This document shows positions 33,143-41,162 of a DNA stretch of 64,000 nt, one piece after another. The translations under genes and the position numbers were made by a program. Numbering within the stretch: position 1 is the stretch's first letter; each line of letters begins with the position of its first letter. Source of the DNA: Candidatus Omnitrophota bacterium. Lineage in GTDB: Bacteria; Omnitrophota; Omnitrophia; Omnitrophales; Aquincolibacteriaceae. The DNA lies in contig JBAZER010000004.1 of the NCBI GenBank assembly GCA_041653795.1, forward strand, positions 8,493 through 72,492, written 5' to 3'. Under the pieces are notes generated by a model. It saw only the letters and a list, made by a program, of their open reading frames with translations, was not told the origin of the DNA and searched no databases.

Positions 33143-33772
33143 ATGGAATGGTTGCAGGAATTCTTCTCGAAGCTTTCTGATCTACCGGCCCTAATTCGAT
33201 GGGGCGGCTATTTGGCCATAACGATCATTGTTTTCGCGGAAACAGGTCTTTTGGCCGGTTTTTTCCTTCCGGGAGATTCCCTGCTCGTAACAGCCGGGCT
33301 CATAGCGGCCGTAGATCCATCGATGAACATCTGGGTCTTGAACCTCCTGTTGTGCGCAGCGGCCGTTGTCGGCGACACAACCGGCTACTGGATCGGTTAC
33401 CATTTGGGGCCCAGGATCTTCAGCAAAGAGGATTCTTTCTTTTTTCACAAAGATCACCTTGTCCGCACCCAGAAATTTTATGAAAAATACGGGCCTAAAA
33501 CCATTGTCCTGGCCCGTTTTGTCCCGATCGTCCGCACATTTGCTCCCACCGTCGCAGGTGCGGGACGTATGGATTACCGGAAATTTTTGACCTATAACAT
33601 CCTGGGCGGGATCGGATGGGTCATAAGCATGACGCTCCTGGGGTTTTCCCTCGGGCGTTCGATCCCGAACATCGAAAAGAAAGTCCATTGGGTCATCCTG
33701 GTCGTGATCGTCCTTTCGGTCCTTCCGATCCTGAAAGAATGGCTGCATTCTAGGAAAAAACCGTCGCCATGA
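33143..33772 (+). CDS. DedA-family (VTT domain) membrane protein
   Basis: 209 aa; FAETGLLAGFFLPGDSLL and GPKTIVLARFVPIVRTFAP motifs. Confidence 0.85.
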   Translation: MEWLQEFFSKLSDLPALIRWGGYLAITIIVFAETGLLAGFFLPGDSLLVTAGLIAAVDPSMNIWVLNLLLCAAAVVGDTTGYWIGYHLGPRIFSKEDSFFFHKDHLVRTQKFYEKYGPKTIVLARFVPIVRTFAPTVAGAGRMDYRKFLTYNILGGIGWVISMTLLGFSLGRSIPNIEKKVHWVILVVIVLSVLPILKEWLHSRKKPSP

Positions 33773-34098
33773 GAGCGATCGCCTTACTGATAACTTCCAA
33801 TATCTTCATGACTGCGGCCTGGTACGGCCATCTGAAATTCAGGTCTTCCGCCCTCTGGAAGGTGATTCTGATCAGCTGGCTGATCGCTTTCGTGGAATAC
33901 TGCTTCCAGGTCCCCGCGAACAGGATCGGGTCCTACCAGTTCTCGACAGCCCAGCTCAAGACGATCCAGGAAGTGATCACGCTTGTGGTCTTCTGCGGTT
34001 TTTCTGTTTTTTATCTTAAAGAAGAATTAAAATGGAATTATCTGGTTGGTTTTGGTTTCATGATTGTTGCCGTATTTTTTGTTTTTAAAAGGTGGTAA
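33769..34098 (+). CDS. DMT-superfamily small membrane protein (DUF486)
   Basis: 109 aa; LLITSNIFMTAAWYGHLKF N-terminus is typical of DUF486; ATGA overlap with dedA. Confidence 0.7.
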   Translation: MRAIALLITSNIFMTAAWYGHLKFRSSALWKVILISWLIAFVEYCFQVPANRIGSYQFSTAQLKTIQEVITLVVFCGFSVFYLKEELKWNYLVGFGFMIVAVFFVFKRW

Positions 34099-34151
34099 TC
34101 ACGACGTCTTTTGTTTTTCAATCAAAGTCAGGATAAACCTGAAAGGTCGTT

Positions 34152-34898
34152 ATGGCTCTTAAAGAAACTTATGAAAAGCAGGGAGCGTTCCTGTTCCGCG
34201 GCAGAAGTTTTCTTCCTCTCCTGGTGGGACCTCTTGTCGTGGTCGCGCTCCTGGACCCCCAATATACCCACCCGCTTTTCAGCGGCTTTTCCGGCACCCT
34301 GTGGAAAACGGTCTGCATCCTTATTTCTTTTACGGGATTTGTGGTTCGCTGTCTTGTGGCCGGTTATGTACCGCGCGGCACGTCGGGACGCAACACTCAA
34401 ACCCAGGTCGCGGAAAGTTTGAACACTAAAGGCTTGTACTCCGTGGTCCGGAACCCTCTTTATCTCGGGAATTTCCTTATCATTCTTGGGCTTTTGCTCT
34501 TCATCCAGGTTTGGTGGTTCACGCTCGCGGGGATCGCCATTTTCTGGATCTTCTATGAGCGCATCATTTTCACCGAAGAAGAATTCCTGCGCCAGAAATT
34601 TGGGCCTGTGTTCGTGGAATGGTCTTTGAAAACGCCCGTTTTCATCCCCAAGTTCTCGGGTTGGCAAAAACCGGAGCTCCCTTACGCGTGGAAGACCGTT
34701 CTGCGCCGTGAGCATTCGACCCAATTCGGCATGGTTTCCGCTCTGACGGTGCTCGGGATTGCCGCAGACCTTTTTACGAAACCGGACCACAAGATCGCCG
34801 CCTTTTGGTGGATCTTCTGGGGAATTTCTCTCGTTATCTATCTTGTGTTCCGTTTCCTGAAGAAAAAAACAAATGTTCTGAACATTGAAGGCAGGTGA
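34152..34898 (+). CDS. isoprenylcysteine carboxyl methyltransferase (ICMT)/PEMT-family membrane methyltransferase
   Basis: 248 aa polytopic; GLYSVVRNPLYLGNFL and EEEFLRQKFG motifs. Confidence 0.7.
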   Translation: MALKETYEKQGAFLFRGRSFLPLLVGPLVVVALLDPQYTHPLFSGFSGTLWKTVCILISFTGFVVRCLVAGYVPRGTSGRNTQTQVAESLNTKGLYSVVRNPLYLGNFLIILGLLLFIQVWWFTLAGIAIFWIFYERIIFTEEEFLRQKFGPVFVEWSLKTPVFIPKFSGWQKPELPYAWKTVLRREHSTQFGMVSALTVLGIAADLFTKPDHKIAAFWWIFWGISLVIYLVFRFLKKKTNVLNIEGR

Positions 34899-34905
34899 CT
34901 ATTAA

Positions 34906-35005
34906 TGCATTGTTCCGGTTTCCTGAGAGATATTCGCTCTATCCTCTCTTCCGTAGGGCACATTTAAATGTGCCCTACAGGAGGGAATAACTGGAGCAAC
35001 GCATT
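34906..35005 (+). mobile_element. 100-bp MITE (family A), copy 2
   Basis: 100/100 identical to 92-191; flanked by TATTA (34901-34905) and TATTA (35006-35010). Confidence 0.85.
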
Positions 35006-35018
35006 ATTAGGTTTTTCG

Positions 35019-35064
35019 TCATTGCGAGATTGCCACGTCAGCCTTCGGCCTCCTCGCAATGACA
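35019..35064. repeat. family D hairpin repeat
   Basis: GTCATTGCGAGATTGCCACGTCAGCCTTCGGCCTCCTCGCAATGAC. Confidence 0.65.
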
Positions 35065-35113
35065 GAATTTATTATTTGAGTAACCCCTAAGCCACTTTAA
35101 AAAGAGGTTCCTT

Positions 35114-35680
35114 ATGAAAAAATCGCTCGGCACCAAGACCCTTCTTTTTCCCACGCCTGTCCTGATCGTCTGTTCTTATGACGCGAAGGACACTCCGAAC
35201 GCCATGAACGTGGCCTGGGGCGGTATCGCCTGCTCGGAACCTCCGTGCGTAACGGTCTCCATCCGCGACCACCGGAAGACCTATGAGAACATCATGGCGA
35301 AAAAAGCCTTTACTGTGAATATTCCTTCCGAAAAATATATGAAAGAAGCGGATTATTTCGGGATCGTTTCCGGCAAGACTGAAGACAAATTCAAGGTCTC
35401 GGGACTTACGCCCGTTAAAAGCGACTTCGTAGACGCCCCCTACATCAAGGAATTTCCTTTCGTACTGGAATGCACCCTTAAGGAAACCCACAAACTTGGT
35501 GCCCACACGCAGTTCATCGGCGAGATTAAGGATATCAAGGTGGAGGAGTCGGCGCTCAACTCCAAAGGCTTCCCGGACCCTGAAAAAATGAAGGCCTTCA
35601 TGTTCGATCCCGGCACGAGCGCCTATTACGCGACCGGTAAGTTCCTCGGCCAGGCCTTCACGGTCGGCAAGAAAAAGTGA
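35114..35680 (+). CDS. flavin reductase-like (FMN-binding split-barrel) protein
   Basis: 188 aa; LLFPTPVLIVCSYD...NAMNVAWGG is typical of the flavin reductase-like domain. Confidence 0.75.
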   Translation: MKKSLGTKTLLFPTPVLIVCSYDAKDTPNAMNVAWGGIACSEPPCVTVSIRDHRKTYENIMAKKAFTVNIPSEKYMKEADYFGIVSGKTEDKFKVSGLTPVKSDFVDAPYIKEFPFVLECTLKETHKLGAHTQFIGEIKDIKVEESALNSKGFPDPEKMKAFMFDPGTSAYYATGKFLGQAFTVGKKK

Positions 35681-35778
35681 GCCCTTGCCATATGCTTCAA
35701 AACGTTCGGGGCGGAAAATCTTTTTACATTATTCCCCGAGGGCTCATCCTGAGCGAGCGAAGCGACCGAAGGATCTCT

Positions 35779-35861
35779 ATCCTGACTTTTATTTTCTTTT
35801 TAGAAATGGTAGTCAGGATTGCCCCAATTTCCGCTTCGCTTCAATTGATAGGGATTGGGAC
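35779..35861 (-). repeat. family B composite repeat (CCTGAC hairpin + core unit)
   Basis: ATCCTGACTTTTATTTTCTTTTTAGAAATGGTAGTCAGGAT + TGCCCCAATTTCCGCTTCGCTTCAATTGATAGGGATTGGGAC; close relative of 45632-45714. Confidence 0.7.
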
Positions 35862-35863
35862 TA

Positions 35864-36238
35864 ATGAGTAAATGGATCAGTTTGGCCGCAGGCGGCATCC
35901 TTGGGACTTTTGCCCGTTACTTTCTCTCGGGAACCATCCATCGTCTCTTCGGGGTCACATTTCCTTTGGGAACCCTGGTGGTCAATCTTGTCGGCTGCTT
36001 CGCGATCGGTTTTCTCGCCGTGCTCGCGGAAGAAAAATTCCTGCTGGGTCCCACCGCGAGGGTTTTTCTCATGATCGGCTTTTGCGGCGCGTTCACGACG
36101 TTTTCGAGTTTTATCCTTGAAACATCGAACCTCACCAAAGACGGCGAAAGCCTTTACGCCTTTATGAATATCGCCCTGAGCGTGGTCCTGGGCTTTCTGG
36201 TCTTTCGTCTGGGCGTGATGCTCGCGCGGGCGGTCTAA
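35864..36238 (+). CDS. crcB: fluoride ion channel CrcB/FluC
   Basis: ORF 35855..36238, ATG at 35864. GGILGTFARY, GTLVVNLVGCFAIG and GFCGAFTTFSSF motifs. Confidence 0.9.
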   Translation: MSKWISLAAGGILGTFARYFLSGTIHRLFGVTFPLGTLVVNLVGCFAIGFLAVLAEEKFLLGPTARVFLMIGFCGAFTTFSSFILETSNLTKDGESLYAFMNIALSVVLGFLVFRLGVMLARAV

Positions 36239-36248
36239 CTAGAAAAAC

Positions 36249-36292
36249 GTCATTGCGGGCGACCGAAGGAAGCGTGGCAGGCCCGCAATGAC
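36249..36292. repeat. family D hairpin repeat
   Basis: GTCATTGCGGGCGACCGAAGGAAGCGTGGCAGGCCCGCAATGAC. Confidence 0.65.
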
Positions 36293-36335
36293 AGAATAAA
36301 GCTAAAGATCGCAGTAAAATTTAATGGAGGAATTC

Positions 36336-36668
36336 ATGAAAATACCTGAGGACGGAAAACTTTTAAGGGTTTTTATCGGCGAAGCGGACAAATGGCAGGG
36401 CCGGCCGCTTTATGAGGCGATCGTGCTTTTGGCTAAAAAGGAAGGGATGGCCGGCGCCACAGCGATCAAAGGGTTCATGGGATTCGGCTGCAAAAGCCAC
36501 ATGCACACGACCAAGATCCTGCGGCTTTCCGAGGACCTGCCCATCGTGATCGAGATTGTGGACAGCGAGGAAAAGATCACTAAATTTCTTCCGCTCTTGG
36601 ATCCTATGGTGAAGGAAGGCCTTGTCACTCTCGAAAAAGCCAACGTGATCCTCTATCGGGCGGGCTGA
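36336..36668 (+). CDS. DUF190 (PII-like) protein, commonly linked to crcB
   Basis: LLRVFIGEADKWQGRPLYEAIV...GMAGATAIKGFMGFG is typical of DUF190. Confidence 0.8.
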   Translation: MKIPEDGKLLRVFIGEADKWQGRPLYEAIVLLAKKEGMAGATAIKGFMGFGCKSHMHTTKILRLSEDLPIVIEIVDSEEKITKFLPLLDPMVKEGLVTLEKANVILYRAG

Positions 36669-37276
36669 TCCTCAGGGCGACTGGAAAGCTTCCGTCGGAC
36701 AGATTTGTTGAGAGAATAGCGGCACCCGCAGTAGCGCTGACGGTAAAAGTTCTCTTCTTTGGAAATACGTTCCATTTGTTCCTGCCCGCCGTAAAGCCGC
36801 CAATTCTGGTCCCAATAAACAAGTCCCGGGAATAAAGAAGCGGCACGTTTTCCCGCACGGTTCACTTGATCAAAGTCCTTCCAGCGGGAAATGCCCAGGC
36901 TGGTCGTGAAAACCTTGAAACCATTCTGGGCCGCGTAAGCCGCGGTTTTCCCAAGACGCATCTCAAAACAGATCGTGCAGCGCTTCCCCCGTTCAACGTC
37001 CTCCTCATGGCCCTGTATGGCTTCAAGCCATCCGTCGATCTCGTAATCCGCGTCCACGAAAGGGGCTTTCATTTTCTGAATGTAGCGAAGGACTTCCTTC
37101 TTGCGATACTCGTATTCCTCTTTGGGATAGATGTTGGGATTGTAGAAATAAACCGTCGGTTCGATCCCGCTTTCAATCATGCGCCGGATGATGGAGCAGG
37201 AACAAGGGGCACAGCAGCAGTGGAGCAGAACTTTTTTTTCGTTGTTGGGGGCCTGCAGATTCAAGAGGTTTGTCAT
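36653..37276 (-). CDS. queH: epoxyqueuosine reductase QueH (DUF208)
   Basis: 207 aa; LLHCCCAPCS, CTICFEMRL and QRYCGCRYS Cys motifs. Confidence 0.85.
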   Translation of the reverse strand: MTNLLNLQAPNNEKKVLLHCCCAPCSCSIIRRMIESGIEPTVYFYNPNIYPKEEYEYRKKEVLRYIQKMKAPFVDADYEIDGWLEAIQGHEEDVERGKRCTICFEMRLGKTAAYAAQNGFKVFTTSLGISRWKDFDQVNRAGKRAASLFPGLVYWDQNWRLYGGQEQMERISKEENFYRQRYCGCRYSLNKSVRRKLSSRPEDQPAR

Positions 37277-37299
37277 AAGAGGCGCCTCGGAATAAAAAA

Positions 37300-37557
37300 T
37301 TACAGAAAGCCGGCGAGCGGAATGGCTTCGTCAATCAGCATGATGGGGATGTCCCCCCGGATCGCGTAGAGGTACCGCTTATCCGCACGAACGAGCCCGC
37401 CGTCGATCTTCTGATCGACCGCTTTTCCGTTTCGGGTTTTAAGCTCATGCTTTTCGATCTTATGATTGATCTTTTCGATCAAAGACGCGTCCGCAACCGT
37501 CAGGCCTTGTTTCGTCTCGGGACAACACAGAATGGAGAGTAATTCGCCGGATATCAT
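37300..37557 (-). CDS. Trm112/YcaR-family small zinc-ribbon-like protein
   Basis: ORF 37300..37575. LLSILCCPETKQGL ... IRGDIPIMLIDEAIPL. The upstream extension KGIGT is encoded by a family B repeat, so ATG 37557 is preferred. Confidence 0.7.
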   Translation of the reverse strand: MISGELLSILCCPETKQGLTVADASLIEKINHKIEKHELKTRNGKAVDQKIDGGLVRADKRYLYAIRGDIPIMLIDEAIPLAGFL

Positions 37558-37558
37558 A

Positions 37559-37646
37559 GTCCCAATACCTTTCAATTTTTACGAAGCGGTCCCAATACCA
37601 ATCAATCACAGCTTTGCTGTGATTGGGGCTGTCCCAACTACCATTT
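37559..37646 (+). repeat. tandem family B units
   Basis: GTCCCAATACCTTTCAATTTTTACGAAGCG + GTCCCAATACCAATCAATCACAGCTTTGCTGTGATTGGGGCTGTCCCAACTACCATT. Confidence 0.7.
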
Positions 37647-37801
37647 ATGTAAAGAAATTTAAAGTTGGGATAGCAGTATTATACAGAAAAATTACTTTTG
37701 GGGAATGGTAAACATGAAGCGGGTAACGGTTTGGCTTTGATGTTCAGCATTGTTCGTTGCCCGCCTGGTGCTTTGCCAGGCTCCGCGGGGGTATCCGGGT
37801 T

Positions 37802-40270
37802 CTAGACGTTATCTTCGTCGTTGGATTCGGAATCAACGGGGGCGGCTTCGGAATAGTCGCCGACGGGGTTCGGGAGGAGGATCTCGCGGGGCTTGGCGCC
37901 GTCCTGGGGGCCGATCACGCCCGCGGCTTCCAACTGGTCTACGACGCGCGCCGCACGCGAATACCCAAGCCTCAAGCGCCTCTGCAAATAGGAGGTCGAG
38001 GCCTGACGTGTGGTCAATACAATGCGCTTGGCCTCATCAAAGATCTCGTCTTTTTCGCCGGTGCCGCCCGGCATCGAGCTATTCTGCGCGGACTGAATCT
38101 CGGAATGATATTCCGGCTTCCCCTGTTGGGCTGTAAAGGCCACGATGCGGTTGATCTCATCGTCTTCAATGAGAGGCGCCTGTCCCCGGATCATATTGTC
38201 GCTGCCGGGTTGTATGAAAAGCATATCTCCGCGTCCCAGCAATTTATCGGCACCCTTGTTGTCCAGGATGGTCCTGGAGTCTACGACCGAGGCGACCTTG
38301 AACGCAACGCGGGCCGGAAAATTCGCCTTGATAACCCCGGTGATCACATCCACGGAGGGCCGCTGCGTCGCGAGGATCAAGTGAATGCCGACGGCGCGGG
38401 AAAGCTGGGCGAGGCGCGTGATGGCCGTCTCGACCTTGTCCTGGGCCACAAGCATGAGATCCGCAAGCTCGTCAATGATGACCACAATGTAGGGGATCGA
38501 GGCCGGGACCACATTCTCGGAATCCCCCGCCGCTTCGACCTGTTTCACGCCTTCTTCGGAAAGTTCGCGGGTGTTGAATCCCGCAATGTTCCTCACGCCG
38601 ACTGTGGCAAAAAGCCTGTATCTCTTTTCCATTTCCATCACGACCCAATTCAGCGTGTTCGCCGCCTTGCGCACATCCGTCACCACCGGGGAAAGCATGT
38701 GCGGGATCTTGTTGTAAACGGCAAGCTCGACCATTTTCGGGTCCACCATGACCAGCTTTAACTGAGAAGGCGTACAGTGATAAAGAAATCCGGCGATAAT
38801 GGAATTGATGCAAACGGTCTTGCCGCTTCCCGTGGTCCCGGCAATCAGAATGTGGGGCATGGCGGCCAGGTCCGCGATCATCGGCTTCCCGCCCGTGTCT
38901 TTCCCGAGGATCAGGGGCAACATGCATTTCTGCGAGCGGAAATCGGGGTTTTCGATCATCTCGCGCACAAGGATCGGCCTCGACACAGAATTCGGGACTT
39001 CGATCCCGATCGTCTGTTTCCCCGGGATCGGTATGATCATCCGGATGCTCGTCGCCCTGAGGGCCATTGAGATATCATCCTCGTAAGCCGCGATCGAATT
39101 GGCGCGGACACCGGGCGCCGGAAGGATTTCATAGAGCGTGATCTTCGGCCCCTGCTCCACTTCAACCACTTTCACTTCGATCTCGAATTCGGCGAGCGTC
39201 GCTTCAATGGCCTTGGAATTGGCCGCGAGATCGTCGCCTCCGCCGATCACATCCTCCTTCGGCCTTTTCAAGAGATCCACGGACGGAAATTGATAGTTCA
39301 CGTCCGCCTTGATCTGCGAGCCGATCACACCTTTAAAAGGAGCCTCACCGCCGGATTCTGTCCCGGCCTTATCAGAAGGCTCCGTTCTGATCGCTACAGG
39401 CTGGAACGCCAGCTTTTTAACAGGCTCTTTTGGTTCCTCTTTCGGCTTCTTTTCCACCTTCGTCTTGTCCTGGCATCTATTTTCTTCTGACTGAAGGTTG
39501 CCAGGACTAGTCCAATTAACCTTTAAATTTTTTGATTGAGAATTGGGCTTGTCATCAGCCATACCCGCCGTAGGTTGATAGGTTTTGATCTTGAGGGGAA
39601 TGTCCGGAATTCGCGGCGCCGGCCTTTCTTTTTCCTTCTCCTTTTGTTTGAGTTCTTTAACTTGCCGCTCCTGCTCCCTTTTAAAAACAGCAATATTTCC
39701 GTTCTTTTTGGATCCGCGGGGAAACCATCCGGCGACGCTTGAGAAAACCGCCTGGAATTTTTCAACGATTGCGCGGAACAAAGGATAAAGGAGAAAATCC
39801 GTGGCCAGAAGGAGCGAAAGCAAAAGCGCGGAACCGGCGAGGATGTAGCTTCCGAGACGTCCGAAATAGCGCAGAAGATGGTTACCGGCCACATACCCAA
39901 ACGCGCCGCCATAAACAAAGCGTTGCTGGGGACCTACGGTGATCGTGACGATCGTCGCTATCGAAAGAAGCGCAATAGCGAGCCCGACGAATTTGAAAAG
40001 TTTCCGTTCCGGAACCTTTTGGAGAAAAAAACATTCCGCCCAGAGCAGAAAGACGAACGGGATCACAAAAGCGCTGATGCCAAAAACGAGAAAAAGCCCG
40101 AAAGCAAGGTAAGCGCCGAAAACTCCGGTGTAATTCGCGACAGGGAACGTGGGACGGGACGAATAGAACGCAATATCTTCAGCGTGGTAGAAAAAGAGGC
40201 TCGCGAAAGTGAGAAGCCCCAGCAAGAGAAAAAAAACGCCCCAGATTTCGTTGATTCTTTCTTTTTTCAT
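37802..40270 (-). CDS. ftsK: DNA translocase FtsK
   Basis: 822 aa; N-terminal TM helices, Pro/Lys-rich linker, Walker A GTTGSGKT, C-terminal gamma wHTH (ASTSYLQRRLRLGYSRAARVVDQLE). Confidence 0.95.
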   Translation of the reverse strand: MKKERINEIWGVFFLLLGLLTFASLFFYHAEDIAFYSSRPTFPVANYTGVFGAYLAFGLFLVFGISAFVIPFVFLLWAECFFLQKVPERKLFKFVGLAIALLSIATIVTITVGPQQRFVYGGAFGYVAGNHLLRYFGRLGSYILAGSALLLSLLLATDFLLYPLFRAIVEKFQAVFSSVAGWFPRGSKKNGNIAVFKREQERQVKELKQKEKEKERPAPRIPDIPLKIKTYQPTAGMADDKPNSQSKNLKVNWTSPGNLQSEENRCQDKTKVEKKPKEEPKEPVKKLAFQPVAIRTEPSDKAGTESGGEAPFKGVIGSQIKADVNYQFPSVDLLKRPKEDVIGGGDDLAANSKAIEATLAEFEIEVKVVEVEQGPKITLYEILPAPGVRANSIAAYEDDISMALRATSIRMIIPIPGKQTIGIEVPNSVSRPILVREMIENPDFRSQKCMLPLILGKDTGGKPMIADLAAMPHILIAGTTGSGKTVCINSIIAGFLYHCTPSQLKLVMVDPKMVELAVYNKIPHMLSPVVTDVRKAANTLNWVVMEMEKRYRLFATVGVRNIAGFNTRELSEEGVKQVEAAGDSENVVPASIPYIVVIIDELADLMLVAQDKVETAITRLAQLSRAVGIHLILATQRPSVDVITGVIKANFPARVAFKVASVVDSRTILDNKGADKLLGRGDMLFIQPGSDNMIRGQAPLIEDDEINRIVAFTAQQGKPEYHSEIQSAQNSSMPGGTGEKDEIFDEAKRIVLTTRQASTSYLQRRLRLGYSRAARVVDQLEAAGVIGPQDGAKPREILLPNPVGDYSEAAPVDSESNDEDNV

Positions 40271-40384
40271 AGGGTATGAAACCGGATTATGAATTATTAC
40301 TGTTTCGTTTTGTCATTCCCGCGGAAGCGGCACTGGCTCTCGTCAAAAAATTTCATTGAAAGCAAGTGCCGCACTAAACTTCCT

Positions 40385-40484
40385 ATGCATTGTTCCGGTT
40401 TCCTGAGAGATATTCGCTCTATCCTCTCTTCCGTAGGGCACATTTAAATGTGCCCTACAGGAGGGAATAACTGGAGCAACGCAT
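40385..40484 (+). mobile_element. 100-bp MITE (family A), copy 3
   Basis: 100/100 identical to 92-191; flanked by TTCCT (40380-40384) and TTCCT (40485-40489). Confidence 0.85.
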
Positions 40485-40613
40485 TTCCTATAAAGTTTCA
40501 CAGGCCGTTCAGTGCGGAAATCCAGAAGCATGGATCCCCGTTTTCAGCTAGAGGACTGATCCGTCCTTCGGCGGAAAAACATGCGGGGATAACATTGTCA
40601 TAAGCGAAGTCGC

Positions 40614-41063
40614 TCAGTGGCCGGTATGGCCGAAACCACCGGCACCCCGGCGCGTTCCGTCGAGATTATCGACTATCTCAAGCTTCGCCTTTACTACCTC
40701 GGCAAGGACCATCTGGGCGATTCGCATGCCGCGCGTCACGATGAAAGGTTCTTTTGCATGATTGATCAAAATGACCAGGATCTCGCCGCGGTAATCGGAA
40801 TCGATCGTACCCGGGGTATTGAGGAGTGTAATGCCGTGTTTGATCGCAAGACCGCTCCGGGGACGGATCTGGGCTTCGAGATGCTTGGGAAGGGCGATGA
40901 TGATACCGGTGGGCACCAGGGCACGGTCTCCCGGCTGAAGCACCACAGGTTCCTGGCAGGCGGCCAAAAGATCGATGCCGCTTGCGCCTTCGGTCATATG
41001 CTGCGGAAGAGGCAGACCTTCGAAATGAGGTAAGGTTTTGACCTGAACTTTTATTTCTTTCAT
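40614..41063 (-). CDS. dut: dUTP diphosphatase
   Basis: ORF 40614..41072. [29 protein letters not shown] and [10 protein letters not shown] motifs. Confidence 0.9.
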   Translation of the reverse strand: MKEIKVQVKTLPHFEGLPLPQHMTEGASGIDLLAACQEPVVLQPGDRALVPTGIIIALPKHLEAQIRPRSGLAIKHGITLLNTPGTIDSDYRGEILVILINHAKEPFIVTRGMRIAQMVLAEVVKAKLEIVDNLDGTRRGAGGFGHTGH

Positions 41064-41077
41064 AGGAATCAAATAAA

Positions 41078-41155
41078 GGGGTCAGTCACCATTTTCCTAT
41101 CCGCCAAAGGACGGATCCGTCCAACGCTCTGTGGCGGAAAAAAGTGACTGACCCC
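41078..41155 (-). terminator. nested hairpin (outer GGGGTCAGTCAC stem enclosing a family F hairpin) after pnp; terminator-like
   Basis: GGGGTCAGTCAC...[CCGCCAAAGGACGGATCCGTCCAACGCTCTGTGGCGG]...GTGACTGACCCC, followed on the minus strand by TTTATTTG. Confidence 0.35.
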
Positions 41156-41162
41156 TTAAATT

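Noticed and set aside
30275-34898. A functional link between the polybasic Cys-terminal micropeptide and the ICMT-family methyltransferase 4 kb away, by analogy with the Ras/Rab C-terminus
   Set aside because: This is pure analogy. No prenyltransferase gene is present, the genes are separated by five unrelated genes, and ICMT-like proteins are common in bacteria with other roles.
35681-35863. Fluoride riboswitch upstream of crcB. I also looked for a yybP-ykoY Mn riboswitch upstream of the GDT1/ArsP_2 genes (28700-28878, 29758-29900), a SAM riboswitch near the met genes and a preQ1 riboswitch near queF.
   Set aside because: I could not recognise the conserved cores of these riboswitches by eye. 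The leaders are occupied by family B, G and I repeats. A covariance-model scan (Rfam/Infernal) would be needed to be sure.
37559-37646. Possible CRISPR array from recurring GTCCCAAT...ATTGGGGC units
   Set aside because: The units are dispersed over the whole window on both strands. At most two are adjacent, there are no regular spacers and no cas genes.
40343-40531. 62-aa ORF between ftsK and dut
   Set aside because: Its sequence (..CVAPVIPSCRAHLNVPYGREDRANISQETGTMH..) is simply the translation of family A MITE copy 3.
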